Shown here piece after piece: positions 14,389-28,322 of a DNA stretch of 64,000 nucleotides. The stretch covers positions 97,014 through 161,013 of the forward strand of contig NMRA01000478.1 in assembly GCA_002633005.1 (NCBI GenBank), in the 5' to 3' direction. Source of the DNA: Phoronis australis. Taxonomy: Eukaryota; Animalia; Phoronida. The stretch's first letter is position 1, and the number at the start of each line of letters is the position of its first letter. The position numbers were made by a program, and so were the translations under genes. The notes under the pieces were generated by a model. It saw nothing but the letters and a program-made list of their open reading frames with translations, had not been told where the DNA came from and searched no databases.

Positions 14389-14964
14389 TTAAAGGACCCG
14401 TTAGCCGAGTTAAGCAATCACAGTGCATCAATAAAATTATTTTATTTTGCGCCAATGACACAACGCAAACTCCTAAAATTATCCCCTGAAAAATCGCCCA
14501 TTTCTCATTTTCCAAGGTTCCCTCTCAGTGTTGTGAGTCCCCTGGGGCCAGTAAGACCAAAAATATTACTGGTTTCTTGTTAACAGTTAAGCTGTACACT
14601 TAACCCAAATTGGCTAAAAATTAAATTGGAATTCAGCCTTTTATTGCCATAAAATCGATCCAAAAACACTCTATATTGGATTACAATTCGGTTTCCATAA
14701 CCTGTTAGCCACGGGCAATGCATTCAAGTGTCATCTTCAAATAGTTGCAATTTTGGGGTTGGCCAACACCAGTACTATGAAACCTGATAATAAGAACTGA
14801 TCATTTCAAAATCAAGGCGCATGTACACATGTCTGTGACTTGAATTGCTTACATGGAAATGATCACTTTGAGGAATATCAAAGACTGATTTTGTGAGAGC
14901 AAAAGGCCTAATTTGATTTTAGTTTTCAGCCAGGCAACTAAATGTGTCAAAATGCAGCTTTAAT
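14389..14964. mobile_element. TTAA-bounded degenerate non-autonomous element(s), Kolobok-like
   Basis: TTAAAGGACC start and GCAGCTTTAA end. Internal similarity to 2301-2660 in both orientations. Confidence 0.4.
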
Positions 14965-17799
14965 AATTCATGCGATAGTGCTCAGCAAGGATCAATCAGG
15001 CATTAATATTACAGGATGTAATGGGAGAGGATTACCCCAGGTTACATGTACAGAGCATTAAGTCTGGTCAATCATTAATTCCCAAATAACAAATTACATA
15101 TTTTCTAATTAACATTATCACAGTCATTATAGATCTTATCTGTGAGAACCCTAGACAATTTATTTTATCAACGACTGCCAACCAATTATTTGGCATATTG
15201 ATGAGGTAAGCACTTTTGTAGAGCAAACAATCTACAAGCATATAGCAAGTTCTGTTAGCACTACAGCAGCACATTTGCAACAGGAGGTTATCCCCATAAA
15301 ATGGCGGGGAGGAACGTGCCGCTCAGATAGGTAGCTTTTTGAGAACCACTTTCCCTACAAAGGGGCTTTTACGGACTTGCTTCTGTAAACAAGAGTTAAA
15401 CCTCAACAAAAGGGTCAATTTATGCAATAAAGTTCTTGTTTAAATTTGTTGGTTAAGGACAGTAGATAGAATTTTAATTTCAATTGCATAAACATCCAAC
15501 ATAATGGTCAAAATCCCGGCACACTATGTAGAAACAAGCCAACAACAGTGACTTTTCCACATTCTCATAGATTTAGCTAATGCAGCTAAAGAAAAATGTT
15601 GAGTGGCGTTTCATTATATTAGCAACCTAAACTGAGGCTTTAAGTTCTATGTTCTGACTAAAAAAATAGTGCAGCGTCCCCATGGGACTTATCTACAGAG
15701 ACACTCACCAGCCGCTCCCTTAAAAATGCAATAATTGGAGCTAACTGAAATATCTACTTTAGCGGACACTTCTCATTCAATTTCAGGAACCAGTTTTCTC
15801 CATACAATAACAGGCATCAAACAGGTTCTCAAAATATGGGCATGGGATATCCAACTAGTGTCCCAGTTTTCTCCGTAGAATAACGGGCAAATAATTCTGA
15901 ATCCTCCCAAAAATGAATCAATTAACTACAGATCTAGTGCTGGTGGACTATGAGTAAAAATGACTTAGAAAATGAGACAGTAACAAGATCAAAGAGTATC
16001 ACAAGCCTGATGGTCAAAACTCTTTATTTACTTATGCAGTCACCAGTAGAATATGATGAGCTAAAGACATAAAAGTAATCAAAACAGACTGGCACAAGGT
16101 CAGACCACCCAACATGAATATCATTACCCTCCAGACTGAGAGGGAAGAACCAGTTTTCGTGTAATTTAAGTCTACTTACAAATTAAAGTTGGTCACTCCT
16201 TTATATTTTCTCTTCTGAAACATTCTGACATTCCTTGAAAAACATATCTGCCATCTCCTGTGAAAAACACTACTGGAGATTGGACATTGTGGACCATCAA
16301 CTTAAGATTTCGAAGTTTACATGTAAAAGGTCGAGTTAACTGCGTACCAGTTTCACTGGATCTCATTTTTTGCTTTTAATTTCAACACAAAGTAATAGTG
16401 AAACCTCAACCATAGTACAACCCCCTTACCTCAGTGAAGAAAAGCCACTAAACAGCCCTTGATGCCTTAGATCTGTATTATATTTCTAAACAAGACTTGC
16501 AGATAAGATAAACATTTGGAACTTGTTTTCACTGAAAATACAGATTATAGCTTGAATAACATATCCAACCACTACTGGAATTCAGCAGTTTGGGTTAATG
16601 TAGTACTGATATCAAAAAGTCAGCTGTTATAATATAGATAACATGACTTCAGCTGAACTTTCTTGAAATCTAGCTTCATTTGGTATTAAGTACCAACAAA
16701 GAATGGGTGGTGACTCTTGCATTACAAGAAAAAAAATCGAATCATTAAGTATTAGTAGAAGTTGTTTGTCCAGGGACACTACAATGCGTGTCTCCTTTAT
16801 GGGGATTAAAGGCAGTCTCCCTCTAGGTAGAGTTTATTGAAAATGATCGCCACAATATTTTTGTGTGTAACAGATGTGACGATCCTGTTGAATTGCCCGA
16901 ACCTAAATTATGAAGAGACAAATGGATGAGATGAACAAAAACATTACAGCTTGTACCACTGGTTTAGTCTCTAAAACAGAGGTCATTTTCGACATGTTCT
17001 GAAATCATGGATAAACCCCAAAGTAGGAAGGCAAATACCATGCGTCAAATGGAGACCCGCAATGCTCAGCGCCGGTGCAGCCGGCCAACGGGTGTGCAGC
17101 CGAGTCACACAGAGTCGGTGAACTCGGCCGCACAAAAAAATTCTCTCTAGGAAAACGTCTAATATGATTAGAATGATAACAAGAATATGCTCAGTAGCAA
17201 AGAGTTATGCAATCCGAGCACAGTCGCGGTAAACTAGCGCGCATGAACTTCCCGAAGGAAAAACACGTCTTCCTCCAGAAAGTAAGTCCGTGTAATGGTT
17301 CGCTTTGCGCATGTCTGTATCTCATGGTAGTACTCGGGGGAATTCTGGTAGGAATAAAATCATGCAACACCATACCTCGGCCACTTTTGACTATTTGGAT
17401 TTTGGACATATAGCGTTATCACATAAGAAAGGAATAGTTGGGTCAAAGCAATTTGCATTGAGGTTTTCTTAAACCCCACAATGTATAGAAATCAAGTTGA
17501 AATTGTCTTGCGACAATACAAAAAGTCCTGCCATTTCCATGTCAGTTGAATGACAAGCACTGCTGAGGACTACTGCAGTGGACTCTTAAGCGTATTTATC
17601 CCAACAGAAACACTCAAGTCAGACGTGTCGAGACTGTCTCATTCATAAGTCAGCTCACTCAGAACTGCCAAGCAACATGTGGTGAAAAGCACCAACATTT
17701 TAAAAGTCTGCACAAAAGTAGCAATTAGGGAAAATTTATCAGAAAGAAAAGTATCCATAACTAAGTCAACTCCTAAGCAAAAAAAAATTGTGTTTTTTT

Positions 17800-18195
17800 A
17801 ACCCAACACCTAAGCAAGCCTAAGCTAGACTGTGACTAACCACAAGTTAATGTTCGTGGCATAGCCGCAATGCTGAAGAAAATCTGTTAGCTAATTTCTC
17901 TGATGATGCATCACTTTTGAAAATTCAAAGACAGCTACTATTTACTTTTCAATTTTAAAAACAGTCATATTGGTCGTTTACCTTACATTTTGTTCGTTTT
18001 TTGACTTTGAAACTTGTACGCTAAACAGGCGAGTTGGTTTACGACCATAACTATCTCATCCACCACCTTCAGTCAAGCCCATGACTAGCCACAAGCTTTC
18101 AGTCACTTCAGTCTGTGACGGCACCAGCACCCCTTTGATGCATGAGGAATTCATTGGATACTCTGGGGGTAAACACTGAATGCTTTCTCGTCTAC
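17800..18195 (-). repeat. Dispersed repeat family B, copy 2 (inverted)
   Basis: Reverse complement aligns to 8255-8668 and 24873-25310 (e.g. TTTACTTTTCAATTTTAAAAACAGTC versus GACTGTTTTTAAAATTGAAAAGTAAA). Confidence 0.7.
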
Positions 18196-20202
18196 ATGCG
18201 TGCAAATCCTCTTAGTACAAGATTTTCCTAATGCAAACACAGAAATGATCATTTGCCATTGCTTTTTGCTTGACGAATTACAAGATAAAGTCATGCCTGA
18301 AAAGAACACACCAGGTTACATGTGAAGATGATCAGACCAGATCTAAGTAAAACAATGCCCAAAGTGTTGGCTTTCCAAGTAAATGCAACTACCCTGTCCA
18401 GATAACTGAGCTGAGTGCAATTACTTAACAATAACTTGATGTTCAGCCTCTAATATACCAAGGATAAGCATCCCTGCTCACCATCATGCCTGCGGGGGAT
18501 ACAAGAGTTGGTCAACTATTGCTACGACAACTTGGAATATTTTCAGGGAAAAATGGACATGGATGTTATTTTATTTGAAGCATTAAACTTACAAAATGGC
18601 ATCAACTTACCACAGACAGGAAACAAGATTTTGCCAGTGACACCAGCTCAGACAGCAGATGAAGTTGATGGGGCTGCGTTGACATCAATCCGATTCAAAA
18701 TACTGTCCAGCAACCAACAGAGTCCAGTATAATTAATCACTCCTTTGTCTCCCACAAATGATCCAACAAACCAGAAGTGGAGGACTTGGTCAGTGCATCT
18801 GTTTCAAGTAACATGGAATTCCAACAGACCACATGATACTACATTTAGAGACATCTGTTGGGCAGCTTTATAGTGATGAACACAGACTGTTCTGAGCTAG
18901 AAATAACCTGGTGCTGAGTTTCACTTTCTGAGAAGGCATCACAGTCACACCATAAAAAATTCAAAGGACATTTTGTTTCGGACTCCTGGCCTAACTTACG
19001 AAGCTGGTCTCAATCTTTTTGTCTCGATAGAAAAGGACACATGCAATCATAATAAAGGAAAATTAAACACAACTGTTGTGGGGCCGCTCAATTGGTAAGG
19101 GCTGATACTGTTCAAACTAGTGACCTTCCTAAGTAGCCTTCCACTAAAGAAACATCTGTGATGACACATATCGGTATGACAGCAATTTGAAAATCCACAT
19201 GTCAATTTGTATGTTCTCTGTCAGGTGTCCCAGCCACGCCATTTACCTACCAAGCATCAAAGAGTAGTATTTCAGACACATTGCCATCAAATCATGAAAT
19301 GTTGTAGGTAAAATCACTTATTTAGCACACAATGTGGCCAACAAGTGAAATTCTATTTTGATAAATTTCTCCACCAAAGTAATTTCAGTCTATTATGAGC
19401 ACGGTTTGCAATGTGCAGATTTATAAAAATAAAAAATAACATTTGCTTAAGTACCAAATTATTTACAGAAAAGATAATCAATTATTGAAAAATTTAAAGA
19501 TGACCATTTTGGTAATTCATTTTGCGTGTAACTGTTTAGAAATACCATTACTGCCCTGAATAATTCAAAAGAAACTTAGAGCATTACATACCATTCTCTT
19601 GAAGTGTAAAAATTAAGAAATTTCCACTGTCATGATCTAACCTATAATCACGCTAGATCCTAAACTTGTCAAGCAAGCCTTTTGTGTTGGTACACAATAC
19701 TGTGGTTAAGCTGGTCACAGCTAATCTACAGGTGGAAGTTAAGTCTAATTTCTGTGAAAGTCAATCGTTTCTCTCCATTGATGTTCACGACATTTGTTGA
19801 AAATTGTTTGCAAATATTTTTTTCTAAATACAGCATCAGGTGTGCTGTTTACAACATAATTGCTGGATTAGGTGAGCTTATCAGATGAAGGCAGACAATA
19901 AGAGAGATGGACTTAATGTAAACATTGGTTTGCTACTGTCACACTGATAAGGGACACACAGGGCTCATCCCCACTGGCCCATCGTTCATTCCACAGCGCA
20001 GGTGCCTAAGGTATCAGTGTTCATGGTATTGGAAGGTTGATGGCATGTGCAGTTCTTGTCAATTTCTGTTGGTGAGGTAGTGTAGTCGCTAGGTGCTGTG
20101 AAACCGCCGAGTTTCTACCGACTTTCAGAAACCCCAAATATTCTGCTTGGAGATTAGAAAGAAAATATATAGCGGTAACTTTTGTTGTGTGGTTGTCAGA
20201 AA

Positions 20203-21339
20203 CCTGGGCCCGGTCTCCAATCTCCGTACTCAGACTCATACTCATACTCGAGATTTCATACTCAAAATCGTGCTCACTGGAGTCGTACTCAAAAAAGCGT
20301 ATCTAATGTCGTATTTCGAGTAGACTCCAAACGTACTCAAATCTGACACTCATACTCGAGTTGCTATGGAACTCTTTATGATGTGAAATGCAAAATCACG
20401 CAAAGCCGCGCTGATTCATCGCTCCCTATTGGNNNNNNNNNNNNNNNNNNNNNNNNNNNNNNNNNNNNNNNNNNNNNNNNNNNNNNNNNNNNNNNNNNNN
20501 NNNNNNNNNNNNNNNNNNNNNNNNNNNNNNNNNNNNNNNNNNNNNNNNNNNNNNNNNNNNNNNNNNNNNNNNNNNNNNNNNNNNNNNNNNNNNNNNNNNN
20601 NNNNNNNNNNNNNNNNNNNNNNNNNNNNNNNNNNNNNNNNNNNNNNNNNNNNNNNNNNNNNNNNNNNNNNNNNNNNNNNNNNNNNNNNNNNNNNNNNNNN
20701 NNNNNNNNNNNNNNNNNNNNNNNNNNNNNNNNNNNNNNNNNNNNNNNNNNNNNNNNNNNNNNNNNNNNNNNNNNNNNNNNNNNNNNNNNNNNNNNNNNNN
20801 NNNNNNNNNNNNNNNNNNNNNNNNNNNNNNNNNNNNNNNNNNNNNNNNNNAATGCGCCTGTTGCCAGGAATTGTAGAGGTAGAATGGCGGCCATAACATA
20901 CAGTGATACGGCGGGTTAATAAGGTGAAGAATAAGAAGATTTAAGATGAAAACTATTATCTCTGAACTGAAGTTGAAGTGCTGAGATACGGTAAGAGGAT
21001 TTATTTTTTTATATTTGCTGTGTTTCTTGGTTCCCTTTCGATATTTTGTTCTCTGGCTCGTATTTATTTTCGAGTACGATTTCAAGCACACTGCCATACC
21101 AAACTTGAAATTTGAGCATAGACTCCAAATTTTTACTCAAAATCGTACTCGAAATATAGATGAGATACACTTCAGTTCGAGTACACTCGAAAACTGAGTA
21201 CGTGCTCGAAATTTCGAGTACAGATTTTTCGAGTATGACATAGAATACACCAAAGCTGAGTCTGTACTCGAGTTGAGTATGAAGTGTGAGTTTGAGCATG
21301 ACTCGAGTCTGAGTACGGAGATTGGAGACCGGGCCCAGG
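20203..21339. mobile_element. Young non-autonomous DNA transposon with perfect ~35-bp TIRs and (G)TACTC(G/A) subterminal repeats; spans an assembly gap
   Basis: CCTGGGCCCGGTCTCCAATCTCCGTACTCAGACTC at 20203; its exact reverse complement ends at 21339. Confidence 0.85.
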
Positions 21340-22430
21340 TTTACAGTTTGAGTTCACCGAGTTAGAAAAATGCACCCTTGAAGTTTAGACACCAATATCT
21401 ACCACCACAGGTTAAACTCGGTGCATTAAATCTCACTAATTTCCGACCAATAATTGCCAAAATAGCATTTTCTTCATTTTTGAAGGGCTTCAAATATTGT
21501 TTTTGGTTAGCTATAGTACAGTTGACAAAACATCATTTTGGCACCAAGCAAACTTGAACAACGTAAAGCATCAATGTTGTGCTAGTATGAGACAAATAAG
21601 AAAGTAAAATTTCTCCTGTCAACGACATTGTGTTCTAAACTGGTGGTGAGATTTTACCATATAGTCTCACAATAATGATTGGTCACACAGACATCCAAAA
21701 CTAACTGCTCTGAGTTATCATGCTATTGAGAGGCACTACAATGAATAATTATTTTAGTGCCCTTCTTCCAAGCTGCAGGAGTACTCTCATTCGTTCATTG
21801 AGCTCAGATTATTTTAAACCATGGCCAAGACAAAGAGATGTTTGAAAGCAAACTGAATCAAACAGGAGTACTTTGAAAGAAAGCATCTCTTGTAATTGAG
21901 TATCTGTGACATATCGAATGCGTGACAGTACCATGAGAACTCTTCAAGCCTTGCTAACTATTTGAAGGGGCTTGGATAGAGTATACTTCTCAAAACACAA
22001 TCTTAGCTCAAGTGGAGGTGGCAGATCACAAGATCAAATTATTTGTCTGTGCAGATCCATAGTGAATGGAATAGACCGAGAAGTGGACAACTGTGACACC
22101 AAAGCAGCAATGATTAGCCATCATCTCAGCAATGAACTGTTCATACCAAAGCAGTTCTAACTTTTAAAACCGATTAAAAGGATATAACTCTCGGTCTGAA
22201 CACTTTAAAAACATTTTTAAAAGCTGCAACTCAGTGTGAGGGTGGTTTAGCGAGAACTTTAATAACCATTGCTACCTCAATGTGAACATGGCAGTTATCA
22301 CTCTGTAGATGGCGCTGCTGTTAAAACACTAACTGGTGTGAATCAAAAGCAACAGCGCTGACCAATAGCCACTAACCAGCCCCCCACACATAACTAGGGT
22401 CACAGCATTTTTAACTAACAGTGTGAAAGG

Positions 22431-23264
22431 TAACAATTAAATGAAAGCGCTCCGAGGAGCGAACCTTGGCGAAATTAACCAAAAAGATGACGATAAAGAT
22501 GATGTCGAAGATGACGAATATGACGAAGATGGTGGTGAGGATGAACAAAAGAAGTTAATAACATACAAATGACGAACGTAGGAGTCCGAAATCAGTAAGA
22601 AAAAGGCTAGTCTTGAGCGACACTTGGCGAAATTAAGGAAAAGACGGAGATGATGACGAAGATGATGACGATGATGACGAATATGATGATGTTGGTGGCG
22701 ATGATGAACAACATCACAACATTCATATGACGAATTTAGATGTCATAAATCATTAAGAAATAGGCTGCACTCTAGTTCAATTGAAGCTAAACCAACCTNN
22801 NNNNNNNNNNNNNNNNNNNNNNNNNNNNNNNNNNNNNNNNNNNNNNNNNNNNNNNNNNNNNNNNNNNNNNNNNNNNNNNNNNNNNNNNNNNNNNNNNNNN
22901 NNNNNNNNNNNNNNNNNNNNNNNNNNNNNNNNNNNNNNNNNNNNNNNNNNNNNNNNNNNNNNNNNNNNNNNNNNNNNNNNNNNNNNNNNNNNNNNNNNNN
23001 NNNNNNNNNNNNNNNNNNNNNNNNNNNNNNNNNNNNNNNNNNNNNNNNNNNNNNNNNNNNNNNNNNNNNNNNNNNNNNNNNNNNNNNNNNNNNNNNNNNN
23101 NNNNNNNNNNNNNNNNNNNNNNNNNNNNNNNNNNNNNNNNNNNNNNNNNNNNNNNNNNNNNNNNNNNNNNNNNNNNNNNNNNNNNNNNNNNNNNNNNNNN
23201 NNNNNNNNNNNNNNNNNNNNNNNNNNNNNNNNNNNNNNNNNNNNNNNNNNNNNNNNNNNNNNNN

Positions 23265-23307
<43 letters not shown>

Positions 23308-23360
23308 AAACTTAGTGGAAGAGCAACATACTTGGCGAAATTTATTTCGCCAAGTAATAA
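22431..23360 (+). mobile_element. Helentron/HINE-like element with ~158-bp GAT/GAC-rich tandem units and terminal stem-loop; spans a gap
   Basis: CTTGGCGAAATT at 22465 and 22623. Terminal hairpin TACTTGGCGAAA-TTTA-TTTCGCCAAGTA at 23329-23356 uses the same motif. Starts at AACAA in an A-rich site. Confidence 0.65.
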
Positions 23361-24872
23361 CAAACTGCAGAAAGGTTAACAACTGGATCAATTTTATGAA
23401 TAAAGCTTAAGCCTGTAATCATTACATGTGATTGAACTATCAACTAAAGGATGAACTCTGTAACTGACAAGAAGATAATTGGGCATGAGCTCTGCTGTAA
23501 ATTTGGGTGTCAAGCCGCAACCCTTGAACTGTTTCCACAAAAAATAGGATACAATTAAAACACTTTGTTTTTATTCAATTACAGACAGGCTCCAATGACC
23601 AAGTTACCTTATCTACATTCTAAATTAATTACTCTATATGTCCATGGCTTTTAAAGAAGGAAGTTATAAACTGGAAAGAAACGCAAACTAAGTCATCTAT
23701 AAAACCATTTCATTGAGTTTACAACTCTTTAATTGGTAACAGTCACTTACAGGGAACCTGAATTTTGAAAACCACTATTCAGCCCTGTGGCAAAAATGCT
23801 TCTCAAAATGCAGAATCCATTTTGAAACTAAATTCTTGAGTACATCAAAACTAAACTGTTCAGTGTCCATATTACAGAGGTAACAGTTTTCCGAAGCAGG
23901 CTATTAATGTCCACCATTGGAACTTTTTGGGCAGCACTAATCAGTTGATTCATATCAATCTGTAAGGTAACTATAAAACATAAAACCTCAACTCTAAATT
24001 TTGAGTTTCGTGACAGGGTATGTTACCTAGAAGAAAAGTTAAGACCAATTGAGCTTATTAGCAATGCAGGATTCCACTTGGCAGCTCACCTAATTGGTGG
24101 TATTGGAGTTGTCCTTGCCAAAACCAAAGTAAAATATGAATTAATTCAGGATGAGAATGAAGTGTTCTTAATGTTTTTTTGGTTTCTCACTTGTCTATTT
24201 ACAAATATTACCATCAGTTTAGCACACAATAAGGTCGGGACTCTTATTTGTTTCACCTTTTCATATAAGATAAGCAATGCCAAATAAATGCTGTATGATC
24301 CTATACCATGACTACCATCTGAAGAGGATTCTGGGAAATTGTGGGCATTCAAAACATTGTTAGGAGCCTTTAAAGACTGAAAATGATCAATCTTGGAAAT
24401 TGACTTTTGTCAAAAACTGGTTAGATATTACCACATCCTCATTGTCTCAACCCATAAGCAAAATATGAACTCACTTTCAGATGAGCACTGGGTGTTCTTC
24501 TGAAAGATTAGGTAAGAGATAATTCCCTAATTTAATGAGTCAGTGAGCTCAATTTGGAACTCAGACTCTCTGATTTCATCTGGAAACAGAATGATTCCAG
24601 TTGGCTAATCTAGAATTAGTCATACTTGTGTTTAACTTGTTACTGCTGTGCATCTATAATTAGACATGACAGTGACCTAAGTGAGATCTCAGGAGTCTGG
24701 TGCTGAGGGCGGGAGGCCGGGACATCTCTGTCCTAAGTGCTGTCTACACACAGACTTATACCCTAAAACAGGTTACCAAGTACTCCTGGAAGAGTAATGT
24801 CACTAGATTATAGGGGCTGCCTGCATAAGGTAAATCCTAGGTTGACACGTTAACAAGATTTACATGATGAAA

Positions 24873-25310
24873 ATGGACGAGAAAGTGTGCACCAATACCA
24901 CCAGAGTATCCAGCGAAGTCCTCTCACATCAAAAGTTTGAAGGCATCTGATCACGGATTGAAGGGAGCTACTCGCTATTCATGGGCTTGGATGAACGAGC
25001 TGGATGAGTTAATCATTGCAGCCGTAAACCAACACGCCCATTGGGTAGGAGTTCAAAGTCAAAAAACAAACAACAAAAGACCAAGACTGTTTTTAAAATT
25101 GAAAAGTAAACATGAACCGTCTTTGAATTATTAAAATCAAGGCATTACAAGAGAATGTAGCAAATGAATTTTCCTGAGCATCACGGCTTAAAGCAACGAT
25201 CATTAATATGTGAATTGATTATGAGTGGTTAGTCAGTCTGGCTAAATAGAAATTGCTTAAGTGTTGGGGTAACAAAACCCCAAATGTTAGTGTAAGATTT
25301 ATCTCATGTA
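24873..25310 (+). repeat. Dispersed repeat family B, copy 3
   Basis: Colinear with 8255-8668. Its tail is locally re-duplicated at ~25520-25580. Confidence 0.7.
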
Positions 25311-25642
25311 GACATTGCAACTTGCCCCACTTATGGCAACTTACTCCACCTTTTTGAGGTAGTGTAACTTGCACCACTTCTGATATCTGTGTAGCCACTA
25401 ATCTGGGGCAATCAGGGTGGTAATTATTATCTGTTGTGGTTACATATGGATGTAGGTTTTCATATTCGCATCAGCTGTTCATTGTCATGCATAGAGACAG
25501 TTTCCGCCTCATGCTAGTAAGATTGCTTAGGGGGCAGGTTAACAAACCCCAAACGTTAGCTTGGGCTTTGTCTCATGTGGACGCTATTTAAACTACCAAT
25601 TGCAGCTTGCCCAACTTACTCCACTGATATCTGTGAAGTCAA

Positions 25643-25785
25643 TTTCGTAAAATGTAACAACTGCTACATTTTACTGGGCTAACTGCCTCACCTAAAATAA
25701 AACAAGTTGTTATATTTTACATAGTTGTTAATTTTACATTCAATGTGCATGCGCGAGAAATGTACCATTGTTACATTTTACGAAA
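25643..25785. mobile_element. Small inverted-repeat element (MITE-like)
   Basis: Perfect 18-bp IR TTTCGTAAAATGTAACAA (25643-25660) / TTGTTACATTTTACGAAA (25768-25785). Confidence 0.6.
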
Positions 25786-26300
25786 CCAACGTCATACCAG
25801 TATTACAAAGAAAATGACCAAAATCTAGAACAAGTAGTATCTGACACGGACTCGGAGTAGGGCTATTCGAGTATTTTTGGATGAGGGGTGCCTCCCGAAA
25901 AATACGGATACCTACTCGTTTAGAGTGGGCTCAGACAAAAAAGTGACCAATAGACTAATTTTGTGTAAAAATTCACCTTACTCGACAGTTTCCGCCTTTT
26001 TCTAGTTATCGAATACATTTTTGTCGACGCTCCACTTAAGAGGGGCAAGTAACACTTAAAGTGCAAGTTGTTCTAGGAAAGCCATATGTATCAATTAATT
26101 TAACCATATTCTGGAAGTTTTTGCAACAAGTTGCTTGATGTTCACAACGCAGACTACCTAGGCTTGGATTCACCAGGCTTCCATCTCTGCGTGACAGCAA
26201 AGCAGCAGAATAAATCTGATTATGTGCTTGTGAACTATTAGACACCAGATGTCAGTCTTAGTCAATGATCCAAGCTATGTTCAAAGACTCAAGACTCCTA

Positions 26301-27962
26301 CAAGAAAAGTCGATTTTCGGACGGCCCGCCATTTTGGGACAAGAATAAATATTTCCGAAATGAGTTTTTCATAGTCCATGAAATTCGTACAAGGTCCAAA
26401 ACTGTTTTTCAATGATCCTCGAATTTTGGACAAGGTCATAAACATCGGATTTCTGTCCTGCGACTTTCGGACGAGGAAAATTTTAGAAACTCTAGTCTAA
26501 TTTCGGATCGGCGCAACTTTCGTGACATAAAGCGTTACTACTCTATAAGGCTTAAATCAGAGAATCGGTATAACGGGCTCTGTAATTTTACCTTATTTTG
26601 ACGATGTCACGACCGTAACTCGATTGTCTTGCGTTTAGCTTGTGTTCGGCGCTTTTATCTATGAAAAGCCCGAGAATCACTGGGTCCCGCATAACGTAAA
26701 TTTCTGATGAAAATGCAAATGGGAAATACACCGAAGGCTGCAACTTTTCGTTGTAGCGTGACTTGTGCTCTGGTTTACCGTGCTGTTCGCAGTGGCCGAT
26801 TTAGAGGGGGGCCATGCCCCCCCCCCTAAAATTCTCCCAGATTCCATTAAGCAGTTCGGGGGTGCAAATGTCTGACATGCAAAATCCTGGCATATACTCT
26901 GCCCTCCCCCCCAACTAAAAATCCTGGATCCCCCTGGTTCGACTTCTGACTGTGACATTTAACTTGCACGCCTGACATCAACTTGGGTGTTTACGAAACT
27001 TTTTTATTTTTAAAACGTCCTGGCCTTGCAAATGCCCTTGTCATTGGCTAAAATCTCCCGACGACGTGTTCGGATTTTATCCTTGACGCGATGAGAAATA
27101 TTTTTTGCTTAGGCCCCCATACACAATACAGCCAAGTCTGTCCGTCGGATATCGCACGTTCAAAGTAGTGTAGATAGTGAACAGCAGCAGCCGAATGACT
27201 CGGAGCCAAAGTAAATTTGCCTGCAAAGCAACATAATAAAGTCCCAGACCGCGTGAGGTGAGCTTGACCCCGTACATGGGAGATTTTATGCTTCTTTCTC
27301 TTCAGTCTATTAACTATCGTCGGACAATAAGTTTTGTTGCCACGTACCTGCAATCTTCGTGCAGCCGTTCTGTTCTTGCTTAATAATAATTTTGAATGGG
27401 ACAGTTAGCAAGGAATGCGTCACCACTGACTTCAAACAACATTCAGTGCATCTGACAACGCAATTTTTGAGTTGAAACCGTACGAAAATTTTTCATTAAA
27501 AATCTGTATGCAGTTCAAACGTCTTTCGTTTTTAGTGCACTTGCTAATGTCATCTAGGAATTTTCACAACGCAGCCCGACATTTCAAATGAGATACCGCA
27601 TTTTTTAAAAAATTCCGTCACTTGCCGAGAAAGGTATTTGAGCATCGGCAATGCAAGCCGAATATTTCATATTGAGAAAGCGCATTTTTGAAAAGAAGAA
27701 TCAACACTTGTCGGGAACGTTCTTTGTGCGTCGACTTCATATTGGGAAAGCCAGTACTTCAAAAATTAATCGAGCGAGTCCCATTGACCAGCTATTATTA
27801 CATACTGCTATCAGATGATCAAGCCAGCGATGATGATACTTTGACCGCTCATCGAAAATGATGTACACCCATGAAATTCGGACACTCAAATTTGAATGTC
27901 CGCCAAATTCGAACACCTATTGGAATTACTTTTGAGTGTCCAAAAATCGCGCGACTTTACCG
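26301..27962. mobile_element. Tc1/mariner-pogo-like non-autonomous element (TA TSD)
   Basis: TA|CAAGAAAAGTCGATTTTCGGAC ... GTCCAAAAATCGCGCGACTTTACCG|TA. Repeated TTTTCGGAC subterminal motifs at both ends; CpG-rich. Confidence 0.6.
26790..26936 (-). mobile_element. CAG(G/T)GGCGGAT-type MITE family C nested in the previous element
   Basis: Reverse complement matches 54050-54204. GTTCG is present on both flanks. Confidence 0.75.
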
Positions 27963-28069
27963 TACCATGATCCTCATGTGGTTAGGGTGTAATATAGGCA
28001 CTATCTTGTGAAGCCTAGCATGATATTGCGTCTACATCAGTATCTTGGGTAAATGGAAAGCTGAGACCT

Positions 28070-28322
28070 TGAGATCCATTCCAAGAAAACTGACTTTTAA
28101 GCTAAGATAAATCTTAAATTTAAGTCATTTTAAGATAAAACTTCAATTAAGTTAAGTCCATTCCCAAAAGGTGATCTTAAAGGGATGAACGGTTTCGATT
28201 TAAGTTTTGCCGTAAGTTCGACTAAATTACCGGATGTGGAAGTTTCAAAGTTTTGGAAGTTAAGACAAATCTTAGACTTAAGTCAAAAAAGAACTTAAGT
28301 CAGTTTCTTGACATGGGCCCCA
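28070..28322. mobile_element. GGGCCC-ended MITE with CTTAA subterminal repeats
   Basis: Left CCATTCCAAGAAAACTGACTT versus right AAGTCAGTTTCTTGACATGGGCCC. Confidence 0.55.

Noticed and set aside
17037-17329. CpG-rich segment bounded by TACCATG...CATGGTA
   Set aside because: A 7-bp IR with no TSD is too weak to call an element or a promoter.
19078-19125. tRNA/SINE-like head (GGGGCCGCTCAATTGGTAAGGGC...GTTCAAAC)
   Set aside because: A-box to B-box spacing is too short and no cloverleaf can be drawn.
22485-22710. Poly-Asp/Glu-like coding tract
   Set aside because: Closed by stops, no splice context seen, and part of a 158-bp tandem unit in a HINE-like element.
20376-23410. Long ORFs (155-223 aa) in the ORF track
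   Set aside because: They consist of N-gap codons and a poly-A/T run.
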